Assembly (NCBI GenBank): GCA_030390025.1
Contig: CM059425.1
Span: forward strand, 163,000,001-163,064,000
Direction of reading: 5' to 3'
Length of the DNA stretch: 64,000 bases
Origin: Squalus acanthias
Taxonomy: Eukaryota
The position numbers were made by a program, and so were the translations under genes. The number at the start of each line of letters is the position of its first letter. Position 1 is the stretch's first letter. Positions 48,825 through 62,195 of the stretch are shown here, piece after piece. Under the pieces are notes generated by a model that saw only the letters and a program-made list of their open reading frames with translations, searched no databases and had not been told where the DNA came from.

Positions 48825-51240
48825 AACAAGAATTTGTACCTTTAATGTAATAAACATCCCAAGGCACTTTACAGAGGTTGCAGCGATAAGGTGGGGCAAT
48901 GCCACGGAGGGATTTCAAGATGAGGATGCGGATTTTAAGTTCAATGTGCTAGAGGACAGGGATTCATGAGTGAGTAGGACTTAGTGTATGATAGCAAAGG
49001 TCAGCTGAGTTTTGGACAAGTTGGAGATTATGGAGGATAGAGGGTGGGCAGTGTGGAAGTCTAGTAAGTGGAGGGAGCCAAGGATAGATCCTAGGGGACT
49101 TCAGAGGTGACAGTGGGGGTGAGAAGTGAAGCCATTGCTGGATTTGCATTGGCTGCATTCACACTAATAGGAATGGAACCATGTGAAGGTAACCCCACAG
49201 TGCTGAACAAAGGATAGCTGATGGAGGAGAACGGTGTGGTCAACCACATAAAACACTGTGGAGAGATCAAGGAGGGATAATGCAACGCTGTCACAATCAC
49301 AGAGACTGTCATTCGTGATTTTGCCCAGGGTGGTCTCGACGCTATAGCAGAGTGGTGGCTGAAATGAAGTGGTTCAAACAGGGAGTTTTGGGAAACATAA
49401 GCATGGACTTAGGCAATAACACGCTTAAGGACTTAAGGACCTTAGGGAGGAAAGAGAGATTAGTGATGGGTTGATAGGTGGAGAGGACCGATGTATCGAG
49501 GGTGGACTTTTTTGGGGAGGCGGGTGATGACAGCAGTTTTGTATGGAAGAGGGATCGTGTAGGAGCAAAGGCAGCCATTACATTTTTTTAAATTTGTTTA
49601 TGGGATGTGGCCGTTGCTGGCAAGGCCAGCATTTATTGCCCATCCCTAATTGCCCTTGAGAAGGTGGCGGTGAGCCGCTTTCTTGAACCGCTGCAGTCTG
49701 TGTGGTGAAGGTACTCCCACAGTGCTGTTAGTCAGGGTGTTCCAGGATTTTGACCCAGCGACGATGAAGGATCAGCAATATACTTCTAAGTGAGGATGGT
49801 GTGTGACTTGGAGGGGAACTTGGAGGTGGTGGTGTTCCCATGCGCCTGCTGCCCTTGTCCTTCTAGGTGGAAGAGGTCACGGGTTTGGGAGGTGCTGCCG
49901 AAGAAGCCTTGGCGAGTTGCTGCAGTGCATCTTGTAGATGGTACACACTGCAGCCACGGTACGCCGTTGGTGGAGGGAGTGAATGTTTAAGGTGGTAGAT
50001 GGGGTGCCAATCAAGCGGGCTGCTTTGTCCTGGATGGTGTCGAGCTTCTTGAGTGTTGTTGGAGCTGCACTCATCCAGGCAAGTGGAGAGTATTCCATCA
50101 CACTCCTTACTTGTGCCTTGTAGATGGTGGAAAGGCTTTGGGGGGTTAGGAGGTGAGACACTCACCGCAGAATACCTAGCCTACTGACCTGCTCTTGTTG
50201 CCACAGTATTTATGTCCAGTTAAGTTTCTGGTCAATGGTGACCCCCAGGGTGTTGATGGTGGGGGATTTGGTGATGGTAATGCCATTGAATGTCAAGGGA
50301 CGGTGGTTAGACTCTCGCTTGTTGGAGATAGTCATTGCCTGGAACTTCTGTGGCGTGAATGTTACCTGCCACTTATCAGCCCAAACCTGAACGTCGTTCA
50401 GGTCTTGTTGCATGTGGGCATGGACTGCTTCATTGTCTGAAGAGTTGTGAATGGCACTGAACACTGTGCAGTCATCAGCAAACATCCCCATTTCTGATCT
50501 TATGTTGGAGGGAAGGTCATTGATGAAGCAGCTGAAGATGGTTGGGCCTAGGACACTGCCCTGAGGAACTCCTGCAGTGTCCTGGGGCTGTGATGATTGA
50601 CCTTCAATCACCACAACCATCTTCCTTTGTGCTAGGTGTCGGCAAGCTTAGGGCTGGGAGGGGTATGTTGAGTGGTCTGCAGTTGAGTGGGGAGGGGATT
50701 GAGGAAGCTGGAGGTGGGTCTCTTGGAAGAGATGAGTTTATGAGACAGAAACTGAAATTAGAGTAGAGTGAGAGATTGGGGAGAAGGGTAAGCAGAGGCA
50801 GCTGCATGAATAGTCTCAATCTTAGACCTTGAGAAGTCTACTAGCTCTTCACACTTGGTATTGAAGGTGAGGGCAGAGGGGGTTGAGGAAAGGGCTTGAT
50901 GAAATAGTATGTCACGGGTTCTGCTTGCCTTCCCGGAAGATGCCATAGTAACAGAAGAATATGGCTGAGGAGTGTAAGCCATAGTTATGCTGAAGCCAAA
51001 TCTAACTGGACCAGTTGTGTGCTAGTTTGTGGCTTTCTGACTTAAGGGAATGAAGATGGGGACTGGCAATAGTGGGAGATGGTGAGTAATTTGATGAGAA
51101 CGAGGGCAGCAAAGACAGAGGTGAGGAAACAGATTAACAGAAGCAGAGGAGTTGTGATGGTTTGATGGCCAAGGAATTGGGAGGGAGTTGAGTTGTTCCT
51201 CATTTGAAGCCAGGTAACTCAGTGACTTCCCTCCATACAG
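48825..51240 (-). mobile_element. Old L2-type LINE remnant interrupted by a family B LINE
   Basis: Remnants such as LHNLQLVQNSA and YQPITNLSFLPKVLK; L2-type tail near 48830-48875. Confidence 0.65.
49583..50636 (-). mobile_element. Family B LINE 3' portion
   Basis: [25 protein letters not shown]; similar to 27003-28350. Confidence 0.88.
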
Positions 51241-52920
51241 CTTGTACCTCTATTTTTATTAGAGGGTGGCCTTAAAGTCAAGTAGGGCCTTTCCTGTGGG
51301 ACCTCCAACCTTTCAGCATCAGAATTAGCAGTGCTCGCCAAATGTCTCCAATGTACCACTGTGAACAATTCGATAACTTTTCTGTCACCATCACAACTTC
51401 CCCTTTTAACAGGTGCTGCTTCACCAGATTTTCTGCTTGCCAGCCAAGTGTGCTACGGGTCAAGCTCTCTGGGCAATCTTTTCATGTGCCAGCAACCTAC
51501 TTGAATTAGGGTGAGGGAGTTTCATTGGAAAATTTGTTGCAGCCTGCCTGGAGTTGCCAGTGCTGGCAAGTCTGCAGCATGGGTCCATTTTTGTCAGACT
51601 TGGAAAATCAGGACTTACTTATCAGTGTTATTGCTTTTAAGGGGTTTTGCTTGTGTAAAAAGAATTCTCCTCCATTCACAACATGATTTTGTAAAGTTTT
51701 TCATTTTGTTTGTTTTCAAAATATCAGTAATAATGACAGGCAAGAATCACTGAAATAGTTTTGAATGCTTTCACACTACAAAAATGGTAGGATAGTTACT
51801 GTGCTCAAAAGCTGTAAGTGGGTCTTCCAAATAAACTTCTATTGAGACTTTGTCACAGTGACAACATTTTAATTTGTTATCTGCCACCATTTGAGAAGGT
51901 TTTGTTCTTTATTATTACATTTCAACAAACGTTTTCATAAAGTGACCTGTCCCCTGAATCAGTCTCTGTTAGACTTAGAGACCAGAACACGTTGGCAGTA
52001 TAAACACCTGAAAATGTGGTGCTCTGAGGTTGTTCTCCCAATACCAGAACAAAACCAAGCTAAGTATAAGAGCCTATACATCGTGAGCAGAGCTGGTTGG
52101 ATAACAACTTACATGTACATATTAATTTATTGTAGTTAATGACACAAGGTGATTCAGAGAGGACAAATCGACAGATTTAAACTTTATATGTTGTCCTCAA
52201 GCTTCCATCGTGCGTATCCATGCAGCTTATGGATTCAAAAGTTTGGACACGCTTGTTCTAGTAGGTTTTCTCCTTCAGCTGGGAAGGTAGAATAAACAAG
52301 ACTGTCTGCCTGTCCTGATACCATGAGTGTAGCTCCATAAACAGTCAGTACTCGCACTCTCCTGTAGGACTGACACTGCCCTTTCTCCTTCCTTTCCCAA
52401 TGGGAGCACACCATTGCAAAATAGAGAAAGGGCGTATGATATGCTTTGAATATCAAGCAAGAGGTTGATTCAAACACCGGTGCCCAAATATGATTTTCAG
52501 TACATTCATATAGAGAGCATTTTATTCTAGTATCTCATGAACATGTTAAATTTGCAACTCAATTTAATTCCAACAAAAATAACCATTTTAACACAGTGCA
52601 ACAAGATGCTGCTGCTCCATTGTGTGGGAACAGATGGGATCTCCCACATTGCTGGGTGACTGAACTCATCCATGCTGGTGAAGAGAAACCTGGCATTTCA
52701 GCACATGGAGGAAGGGGAAATTAGGGTAGTGATTACTAGGCTGCTCTCAGGCATTTCCTGCCAGCAGCTTTCAGAGAAGCACTATAAATGGTGCATGGAA
52801 ACTACAAAGGGGGAACAAATCCATTTTAAAGAGTATTGAACTAAAGCATAACCTGTGGACAAATAGTAGGAACAACATTTTTTTGAGTAAGCAATTAGCT
52901 TAGTTATGATTGTTTCATAG

Positions 52921-53115
52921 GAACTGACAGAGAAGAAAATACTAGAGAGACTTAACCACATCTCTGTGAGACTAGAAAAACTAGAAGACAGACAAAGTCT
53001 CGATATTGGCTCCAACAGATGAAGTACTCTGAAACGAAAATAAATGCAAAACTTGCCAAAGTAGAAAAGAACATCTGGTACGAGTTAGAAAGCATAAAGA
53101 ATGAATACAGAGAAG
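52921..53115 (+). CDS. FAM81B: FAM81B coding exon 7, with an apparent 1-nt deletion (premature TGA 53020-53022)
   Basis: TAG acceptor; ELTEKKILERLNHISVRLEKLEDRQSLDIGSNR* in frame; homology continues in the -1 frame as MKYSETKINAKLAKVEKNIWYELESIKNEYRE to G|GTGAGT; 195 nt where 196 is needed. Confidence 0.88.
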
Positions 53116-53913
53116 GTGAGTAGTTCATTTCATTTGAACTGGTTCGGATGGTATGATAATAGAATAGTGGAGAGACTTTTAACTACTGGGATATGTTTTG
53201 TAAACTGACCACTTCAGGATTTAGCGCATGTGCAGCCTAATGCAGAAATCCTGAAGTTGCGGTCTGTCATTCACTGCTCCTCCACAGGCTGAGCTATGCT
53301 CCCCGCCGCCCGAGCCAGCAATCAGTGAAATCTCTCAAATCAGGGAAACTGACAAAAACTTCAGCTCTTCTGAAGTAATTACACTGTTAAATACCCCATT
53401 AAAAGTTAGACCCAAAGGATTAGGTGTAACTGGGGTTTTAACAGCGTATTGACTGCTAAACAAATGTTATGGCCCCAAAAAACTAATTTTAATTTTGTGC
53501 CGTGTCAAATTTATCCATTTTAATAAAAATTTAATTTTTTAAGAAACTTTTTGTTTCTTCATCTTTATTTCAGGTTTGCCTTTTCACCATGTGAGAGCCC
53601 CAATCCTGGTTTTGCTCTCTCTTACATTTTTAAAAGGACGTGTCTATTCGCAACACCAAAGTTCTGATTGGTCCCCTTGGATGACAAGAGCTGATTGGTC
53701 ACCTTGGAGGTCAAGACACACCCAGCAGTTTCTCTGGAATGTATAATTAGATCCTCCCTGCTTATGTAATCAATTACTTTGCAAAGTGCAATTTGAGCCA
53801 TTCTGACTGTCTACTCCAGACAGAACAGAGCTCACTTGGGACAGGGCTCACCCTCGCGGGTTAAGACCTTCTCCCACCCCCCAAACAAGTTCCTGCCCTC
53901 ACCACCCAAGTTC

Positions 53914-55698
53914 ATACGAACATACATATGAATTAGGAGCAGGAGTAGGCCACTCGACCCTTCGAGCCTGCTCCACCATTCAATAAGATCATGGCTGATC
54001 CGATTCCTCCACATTCCCGCCTACCCCCGATAACTTTTCACCCCCTTGCTTACCAAGAATCTATCTACCTCTGCCTTAAAAATATTCAAAGACTCTGCTT
54101 CCACCGCCCTCTGAGGAAGAGAGTTCCAAAGACTCACGACCCTCTGTGAGAAAAAATTTCTCCTCATCTCTGTCTTAAATGGACGACCCCTTATTTTTAA
54201 GCAGTGACCCCTAGTTCTAGATTCTCCCACAAGAGGAAACATCCTCTCCACATCCACCCTGTCCAGACCCCTCAGGATCTTATATGTTTCAATCAAGTCA
54301 CTTCTTACTCTTCTAAACTCCAGCAGATACAAGCCTAGCCTGTCCAACCTTACCTCAAAAGACAACCCGCCCATTCCAGGTATTAGTCTAGTAAACCTTC
54401 TCTGAACTGCTTCCAATGCATTTACATCCTTCCTTAAATAAGGAGACCAATACTGTACACAGTACTCCAGATGTGGTCTCACCAATGCCCTGTATAACTG
54501 AAGCATAACTTCCCTACTTTTGTATTCAATTCCCCTCGCAATAAATGATAACATTCTATTAGCTTTCCTAATTACTTGCTGTACCTGCATAGTAACCTTT
54601 TGCGATTCATGCACTAGGACACCCAGATCCCTTTGCATCTCAGAGCTCTGGAATCTCTCACCATTTAGATAATATGCTTCTTTTTTATTCTTCCTGCCAA
54701 AATGGACAACTTCACATTTTCCCACATTATACTCCATTTGCCAGATCTTTGCCCACTCACTTAACCTATCTATATCCCTTTGTAGACTCCTTAAGTCCTC
54801 TTCACAATTTACTTTCCTACCTATCCTTGTGTCATCAGCAAACTTAGCAACCATACCTTCGGTCCCTTCATCCAAGTCATTTATATAAATTGTAAAAAGT
54901 TGAGGCCCCAGTACTGATCTCTGTGGCACACCACTCATTACATCTTGCCAATCAGAAAATGACCCATTTATGCCTACTCTCTGTTTCCTGTTAGCTAGCC
55001 AATCTTCTATCTATGCCAATATGTTACCCCCTACACCATGAGCTTTTATTTTCCGCAATAACCTTTGATGTGGCACCTTATCAAATGCCTTCTGGAAATC
55101 TAAGTACAGTACATACACCTGTTCCCCTTTATCCACAGCACATGTTACTTCCTCAAAGAACTCCAATAAATTGGTTAAACATGATTTTCCTTGCACAAAA
55201 CCATGCTGACTCTGCCTGATCACTTTGAACTTTTCTAAGTGCCCTGCTATAACACCTTTAATATTAGCTTCTAACATCTTCCCTATGGCAGATGTTAAGC
55301 TAACTGGCCTGTAGTTACCTGCTTTCTGTCTCCCTCCCTTTTTGAATAAGGGAGTTACATTCGCTATTTTCCAATCTAATGGAACCTTCCCCGAAACTAG
55401 GGAATTTTGGAAAATTAAAACCAACGCATCAACTATCTCACTAGCCACTTCTTTTAAGACCCGAGGATGAAGTCCATCAGTACCCGGGGACTTGTCAGCC
55501 CGCAGCTCCAACAATTTGCTCAGTACCACTTCCCTGGTGATTATAATTTTCTTGAGTTCCTCCCTCCCTTCCATTTCCTGATTTACAGCTATTTCTGCGA
55601 TGTTACTTGTATCCTCTATAGTGAAGACCGATGCAAAATACCTGTTCAATTCAACTGTCATCTCCTTATTTTCCATTATTAATTCCCCAGACTAACTT
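53914..55698 (-). mobile_element. 5'-truncated CR1 LINE
   Basis: RT ORFs 55011-55676 and 54021-54938; flanked by a 24-bp direct repeat. Confidence 0.93.
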
Positions 55699-58298
55699 TT
55701 CCTGCCCTCACCACCCAAGTTCCGACCTCCCCCCTAAGTTTCTGACATTCTCCCCCTGCCCAAGTGCCTTACCTCCCGCCCACCCCCGGTTCCTGACCTT
55801 CTCTCCCCTGCCCAAGTTCCTCCCCCTCTCCCCACCCGGATTCGTGACCTCCCCTTGCCCAAGTTCCTCCCCCCGGGTTCTTGACCTTCCCCCCCACTCC
55901 CCCCATTGTGTCTGCGTCATGGATTGTTAACAGGTTTATGGGGTATGAAGTGAATAGTGACAGTGTCATGACTTCCGGATTTCATCCAGTCCAATGATGT
56001 CACTTGCCACGCACGCACCGAGCTTTCCAAGAAATCAATCAGACCTAGGGAGAGAGGGAGAACGTGGTGCAGGTGTAAAGGGGGGGGTGGGGTTGGGGTT
56101 GGAAGAATGTGATCCGTCTTACCATCACGTTCTTCCCCCAGCCCCACTGTGCCCTCGGTGCTATTTACCTCTCCCCTCTGATCCCTTCTCTCTCTTTCCC
56201 CCCCCCCCAAATCCCCTCTCCCTCTCCCCCCTTTGAGCCCCCCTCTCTCTCCCTCTCCCCTCCCGATCCCCCTCTGAATCCCTCTCTCTCTCTGAAGGCT
56301 GCAAAAATGTTTGTGTATATAATAAGTGATATTCTGGTCAAAAGTCCTGAAAGACTCCTTTAGTAGTCACTGATTTTCAAAAGATAACCCAAAAGCCCTA
56401 GTAGCAGGCTCAGGCTCGAGCAGCAGGCAGCAGCTCCAGGCTCTCCAACGTGGTTCGGCAGGCCCCACTTCCGGCTTCCTCATCTATCGTACTGTGCGTG
56501 CGCACGTGATCCGGTCTTTGCTTTGCCGTTGACTGCAAATTTGAGGCCAATAATTTCTAATGACTGCCAATTAACCCCTCTTGTCCAGAAAGTGAACAAT
56601 TAAAAGTTGGAGTCTCAATACTTCAGGTTATGAATTGTTGTTGGAGATTTTTTAAATGACAAATTTTAAATTGTGAAATTTATTTTCTTACTTTTCCTCT
56701 TTTTTCTCTCAATCCAGTCTTTCTTTCCCTCCTTATTTCTCTTTCTGTACTTGATTTGATATTGAATTCACCCACTCTAATTCACCGTTTCTAATTCACT
56801 CTAATTTCAGTCCTTCCTCTGTTTATTTCTCAATTCTTAAATCTCATTGCTTAAGGAGATACACACTTTGTCCTGTTGTTCACCAAGGTCCCAGATCCCC
56901 TCGCTGTGCCATTATCATGTTGCAATTTCAGCAACTTTGTGAGCAAAAAATGTGAAAACCTAAAGAAGTCTAATTAACAGGGTACGTTGTGAGATGCCCC
57001 GCTCCAGCAAAATCTGGGCCAATGTTCTTCTCTGATTTGATATTATATGGACTTAGTTATGCAAGTCCAAAACAAATTCAAGACAGGACCTTTTTTACTT
57101 CTAGCTAATCATCCATTTACATAGTATCCACTATATTTACATAAGGTGGTCAACCCTCAAATACAAAATTAAACTTTAGTAGTTAATTGGTTCAATTACA
57201 GTTTCTCTCATTAAAAGGGTATACTTAAAACACTGTGTTCTAACTTTTTTCTACAGTGGTCAAATAATTTCACTGCAGCATGGTTTTCTTAGACAATAAT
57301 GGTCAAGCTTTATCAGGAAAGGATGAACAGGCTGGGTCTCTTTTCTCTTGAAAAAAGGCTGAGGTTTTTTTTTTATTCGCTTATGGGATCTGGGTGTCGC
57401 TGCAAGGCCAGCATTTATTACCCATCCCTAGTTGCCCTGGAGAAGGTGGTGGTGAGCCACCTTCTTGACCTGCTGCAGTCCATGTGGTGTAGGTACTCCC
57501 CCAGTGCTGTTAGGTAGGGAGTTCCAGGATTTTGACCCAGCAACGATGAAGGATCGACGATATACTTCTAAGTCAGGATGGTGTGTGACTTAGAGGTGGT
57601 GGTGTTCCCATGCGCCTGCTGCCCTTGTCCTTCTAGGTGGAAGAGGTTGCGGGTTTGGGAGGTGCTGCCGAAGAAGCCTTGGCAAGTTACTGCAGTGCAT
57701 CTTGTAGCTGGTACACACTGCAGCCACGGTACGCTGGTGGTGGAGGGAGTGAATGTTTAAGGTGGTGGATGGGGTGCCAATCAAGTGGGCTGCTTTGTCC
57801 TGGATGGTATTGAGCTTCTTGTGTTGTTGGAGCTGCACTTATCCAGGCAAGTGGAGAGTATTCCATCACACTCCTTACTTGTGCCTTGTAGATGGTGGAA
57901 AGGCTTTGGGGAGTCAGGAGGTGAGACACTCGTCACAGAATACAGAGCCTCTGACCTGCTCTTGTTGCCACATTATTTATGTGGCTGGGCCAGTTAAGTT
58001 TCTGGTCACTGGTTACTCCCAGGATGTTGATGGTGGGGGATTCGGCGATGGTAATGCTGTTGAATGTCAAGGGGAGGTGGTTGGACTCTCGCTTGTTGGA
58101 GATAGTCATTGCTTGGCACTTCTGTGGCACAAATGTTACCTGCCACTTATCAGCCCAAGCCTGAACATCATCCAGGTCTTGTTGCAAGCGGGTATGGACT
58201 GCTTCATTATCTGAGGAGTTGTGAATGGCACTGAACACTGTGCAATCATCAGCAAACATCCCCATTTCTGACCTTATATTGGAGGGAAGGTCATTGAT

Positions 58299-61200
58299 AG
58301 AAACATAGAAACATAGAAAATAGGTACAGGAGTAGACCATTCGGTCCTTCGAGCCTGCACCGCCATTCAATGCGTTCATGGCTGAACATGCTACCTCAGT
58401 ACCCCATTCCTGCTTTCTCGCCATACCCCTTGATCCCCTTAGTTGTGAGTGTTATATCTAACTCCCTTTTGAATATATTTAGCGAACTGGCCTCAACAAC
58501 CTTCTGTGGAAGAGAATTCCATAGATTCACCACTCTCTGGGTGAAGAAGTTCCTCCTCAGCTCAGTCCTAAATGGCTTCCCCTTAATCCTTAGACTGTGA
58601 CCCCTGGTTCTAGTTTTCCCTACCATTGGGAACATTCTGCCCGCATCTAATTTGTCTAAACCAGTCAGGATTTTAAATGTCTCTATAAGATCCCCCCTCA
58701 TTCTTCTGAACTCCAGAGGATACAAGTTCAGTTGACCCAATCTTTCTTGATATGTCAGTCCGGCCATCCCAGGAATCAATCTAGTGAACCTTCGCTGCAC
58801 TCCCTCAATAGCAAGAATGTCCTTCCTTAAGTTAGGAGACCAAAACTGCGCACAATACTCCAGGTGTGGCCTCACCAAGGCCCTGTACAACTGTAGCATC
58901 ACCTCCCTACTCCTGTACTCAAATCCCCTTGCTATGAAGGCCATCATTCCGTTTGCTTTCTTGACTGCCTGCTGCACTTGCATTCCCACCTTCAGTGACT
59001 GATGTACCATGACGCCCAGGTCTCGTTGCACGTCCCCTTTCCCTAATCTGCCACCATTCAGGTAATAGTCCGCCTCTCTATTTTTACCACCAAAGTGGAT
59101 AACCTCACATTTATCCACATTGTACTTCATCTGCCATACATTTGCCCATTCACCCAACCTGTCCAAGTCACTCTGTAGCCTCCTAGCATCCTCCTCATTG
59201 TTCACACTGCCTCCCAATTTAGTGTCATCCGCAAATTTGGAGATATTACATTTAATCCCTTCGTCCAAATCATTAATATATAATGTAAACAGCTGGGGTC
59301 CCAGCACCGAACCCTGCGGTACCCCGCTGGTCACTGCCTGCCATTCTGAAAAGTACCCATTTACTCCTACTCTTTGTTTCCTGTGTGCCAACCAGTTCTC
59401 AATCCACGTCAACACATTACCCCCAATCCCATGTGCTTTAACTTTGCTCACCAATCTCTTGTGTGGGACCTTGTCGAAGGCCTTCTGAAAGTCCAAATAC
59501 ACCACATCTACTGGTTCCCCCCTGTCCACCCTATTGGAAACATCCTCAAAAAATTCCAGAAGATTTGTCAAGCATGATTTCCCTTTCACAAATCCATGCT
59601 GACTTGGACCCATCATGTCGCCACTTTCCAAATGGTCTGTTATGACATCTTTAATAATTGCTTCCATCATTTTACCCACGACCGATGTCAGGCTGACCGG
59701 TCTATAATTCCCTGCTTTCTCCCTCCCTCCTTTTTTAAAAAGAGGGGTTACATTGGCCACCCTCCACTCCATCGGAACTGATCCAGAGTCTAAGGAATGT
59801 TGGAAAATGATCGTCAATGCATCCACTATTTCCAAGGCCACCTCCTTAAGTACTCTGGGATGCAGACCATCAGGCCCCGGGGATTTTTCAGCCTTCAGTC
59901 CCATCAATTTCCCCAATACCTTTTCCCGACTAATAAGGATTTCCCTCAGCTCCTCCCTCTTACCAGATCCTCTGACCCCTTTTATTTCCGGCAGGTTGTG
60001 TGTGTCCTCCACAGTAAACACCGAACCAAAGTACTTGTTCAATTGATCTGCCATTTCCTTGTTCCCCATTACGACTTCCCCTGTTTCCGACTGCAGGGGA
60101 CCTACGTTTGTTTTTACTAACCTCTTTCTTTTTACATATTTATAGAAGCTTTTGCAGTCCATTTTAATGTTCTCTGCAAGCTTCATTTCATATTTTATTT
60201 TCCCTGCCCTAATCAAACCCTTCGTCCTCCTCTGCTGAGTTTTGAAGTTCTCCCAGTCCCCGGGTTTGCTGCTACTTCTGGCCAATTTGTATGCAACTTC
60301 CTTGGTTTTAATACTATCCCTGATTTCCCTTGTTAGCCATGGTTGAGCCACCTTCCCTTTTTTATTTTTATGCCAGACCGGGATGTACAATTGTTGTAGT
60401 TCATCCATGCGATCTCTAAATGTCTGCCATTGCCCTTCCACTGATAGCCCCTTAAATATCGCTTGCCAATTTAACCTCGCCAATTCACGCCTCATACCCT
60501 CAAAGTTGCCCTTATTTAAGTTCTGGACCATGGTCTCTGACTTAACTGTTTCCTTCTCCATCCTAATGTAGAACTCCACCATACTATGGTCACTCTTCCC
60601 CAGGGGGCCTCGTACCACAAGATTGCTGATTAGTCCCTCCTCATTACACAACACCCAGTCCAGGATGGCCTCCCCTCGAGTTGGTTCCTCAACATATTGG
60701 TTTAGGAAACCATCCCTTAAACACTCCAGGAAATCCTCCTCCACCGTATTGCTTCCAGTTTGAGTAGCCCAATCTATATGCATATTAAAGTCACCCATGA
60801 TAACTGCCGTGCCTTTTTTGCACGCACCTCTGATTTCCTGTTTCATACCCTCCCCCACCTCACTACGGCTGTTTGGAGGTCTGTACACAACTCCCACTAA
60901 CGTTTTCTGCCCTTTGGTGTTCTGCAGCTCAACCCATATTGATTCCACATCCTCCAAGCTGATGTCCTTCCTAGCTATTGCATTAATCTCCTCTTTAACC
61001 AGCAATGCTACCCCACCCCCTTTTCCTTTTATTCTATCCTTTCTGAATGTTGAATACCCCTGGATGTTCAGTTCCCAGCCTTGATTGTTCTGGAGCCACG
61101 TCTCTGTAATCCCAATCACATCGTATCCGTTAACATCTATTTGCACAGTCAATTCATCCACCTTATTACGGATACTCCTTGCATTAAGACACAGAGCCTT

Positions 61201-62195
61201 TAGGCTTGTTTTATTAACATCCTTTGTCCTTTTAGACTTATGATTTAGTATGGCCCTTTGTGTTTCTTGCCTTTGTTTACTCGGCCTTCCCCTATTGTTT
61301 CTCACCCTTCTAACATTTGTTTCTGACTGCATATTACTTCCCCCTGTTTCGCTACATAGGTTCCCATTCCCCTGCCATATTAGTTTAAATCCTCCCGAAC
61401 TGCTTTAGCAAATATTACCCCGAGGACATCGGTTCCAGTCCTGCCCAAGTGCAGACCGTCCCTTTTGTACAGGTCCCACTTCCCCCAGAACTGGTTCCAA
61501 TGCCTCAGGAATTTGAATCCCTCCCTCCTGCACCACTGCTCAAGCCACGTATTCAATCTCACTATCCTGTTCTCTCTATTCTGATTAGCACGTGGCCCTG
61601 GTAGCAATCCAGAGATTACTACCTTAGAGGTCCTACTTTTTAATTTAGCTCCTAGCTCCCTAAATTCTGCTTGTAGGGCCTCTTCCCGCTTTTTACCTAT
61701 ATCGTTGGTACCTACATGCACCACGACAGCTGGCTGTTCACCCTCCCTCTTCAGAATGTTCTGCAGCCGCTCCGAGACATCCTTGACCCTTGCACCAGGG
61801 AGGCAACATACCATCCTGGAATCTCGGTTGCAGCCACAGAAACTCCTGTCTATTCCCCTTACAATTGAGTCCCCTATCACTATAGCCCTACCACTCTTTT
61901 TCCCGCCCTGCTGTGCAGCAGAGCCAGCCATGGTGCCATGAACCTGGCTGCTAGTGCCTTCCCCTGGTAGGCCATCTCCCCCAACAGTATCCAAAGCGGC
62001 ATACCTGTTTTGGAGGGAGATGACCACAGGGGACTCCTGCACTACCTTCCTGATATTGCCCTGCTTCTTGGTCACCCATTCACTTTCTGTCCTAGCCTTT
62101 ACCTGCGGTGTGGACAACTCACTAAATGAGCGATTCACCGAGTTCTTGGCATCGTGCATGCTCCAGAGTGAGTCCACCCGCAGCTCCAGCACCGC
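58299..62195 (-). mobile_element. Young CR1 LINE truncated within ORF1
   Basis: 7-bp TSD CATTGAT (58292-58298 and 62196-62202); tail (TTTCTATG)n; ORF1 remnant 61380-62195 open. Confidence 0.95.
58396..61332 (-). CDS. Intact CR1 ORF2p (APE endonuclease plus reverse transcriptase), 978 aa
   Basis: Uninterrupted; [48 protein letters not shown]. Confidence 0.95.
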   Translation of the reverse strand: MQSETNVRRVRNNRGRPSKQRQETQRAILNHKSKRTKDVNKTSLKALCLNARSIRNKVDELTVQIDVNGYDVIGITETWLQNNQGWELNIQGYSTFRKDRIKGKGGGVALLVKEEINAIARKDISLEDVESIWVELQNTKGQKTLVGVVYRPPNSRSEVGEGMKQEIRGACKKGTAVIMGDFNMHIDWATQTGSNTVEEDFLECLRDGFLNQYVEEPTRGEAILDWVLCNEEGLISNLVVRGPLGKSDHSMVEFYIRMEKETVKSETMVQNLNKGNFEGMRRELARLNWQAIFKGLSVEGQWQTFRDRMDELQQLYIPVWHKNKKGKVAQPWLTREIRDSIKTKEVAYKLARSSSKPGDWENFKTQQRRTKGLIRAGKIKYEMKLAENIKMDCKSFYKYVKRKRLVKTNVGPLQSETGEVVMGNKEMADQLNKYFGSVFTVEDTHNLPEIKGVRGSGKREELREILISREKVLGKLMGLKAEKSPGPDGLHPRVLKEVALEIVDALTIIFQHSLDSGSVPMEWRVANVTPLFKKGGREKAGNYRPVSLTSVVGKMMEAIIKDVITDHLESGDMMGPSQHGFVKGKSCLTNLLEFFEDVSNRVDRGEPVDVVYLDFQKAFDKVPHKRLVSKVKAHGIGGNVLTWIENWLAHRKQRVGVNGYFSEWQAVTSGVPQGSVLGPQLFTLYINDLDEGIKCNISKFADDTKLGGSVNNEEDARRLQSDLDRLGEWANVWQMKYNVDKCEVIHFGGKNREADYYLNGGRLGKGDVQRDLGVMVHQSLKVGMQVQQAVKKANGMMAFIARGFEYRSREVMLQLYRALVRPHLEYCAQFWSPNLRKDILAIEGVQRRFTRLIPGMAGLTYQERLGQLNLYPLEFRRMRGDLIETFKILTGLDKLDAGRMFPMVGKTRTRGHSLRIKGKPFRTELRRNFFTQRVVNLWNSLPQKVVEASSLNIFKRELDITLTTKGIKGYGEKAGMGY

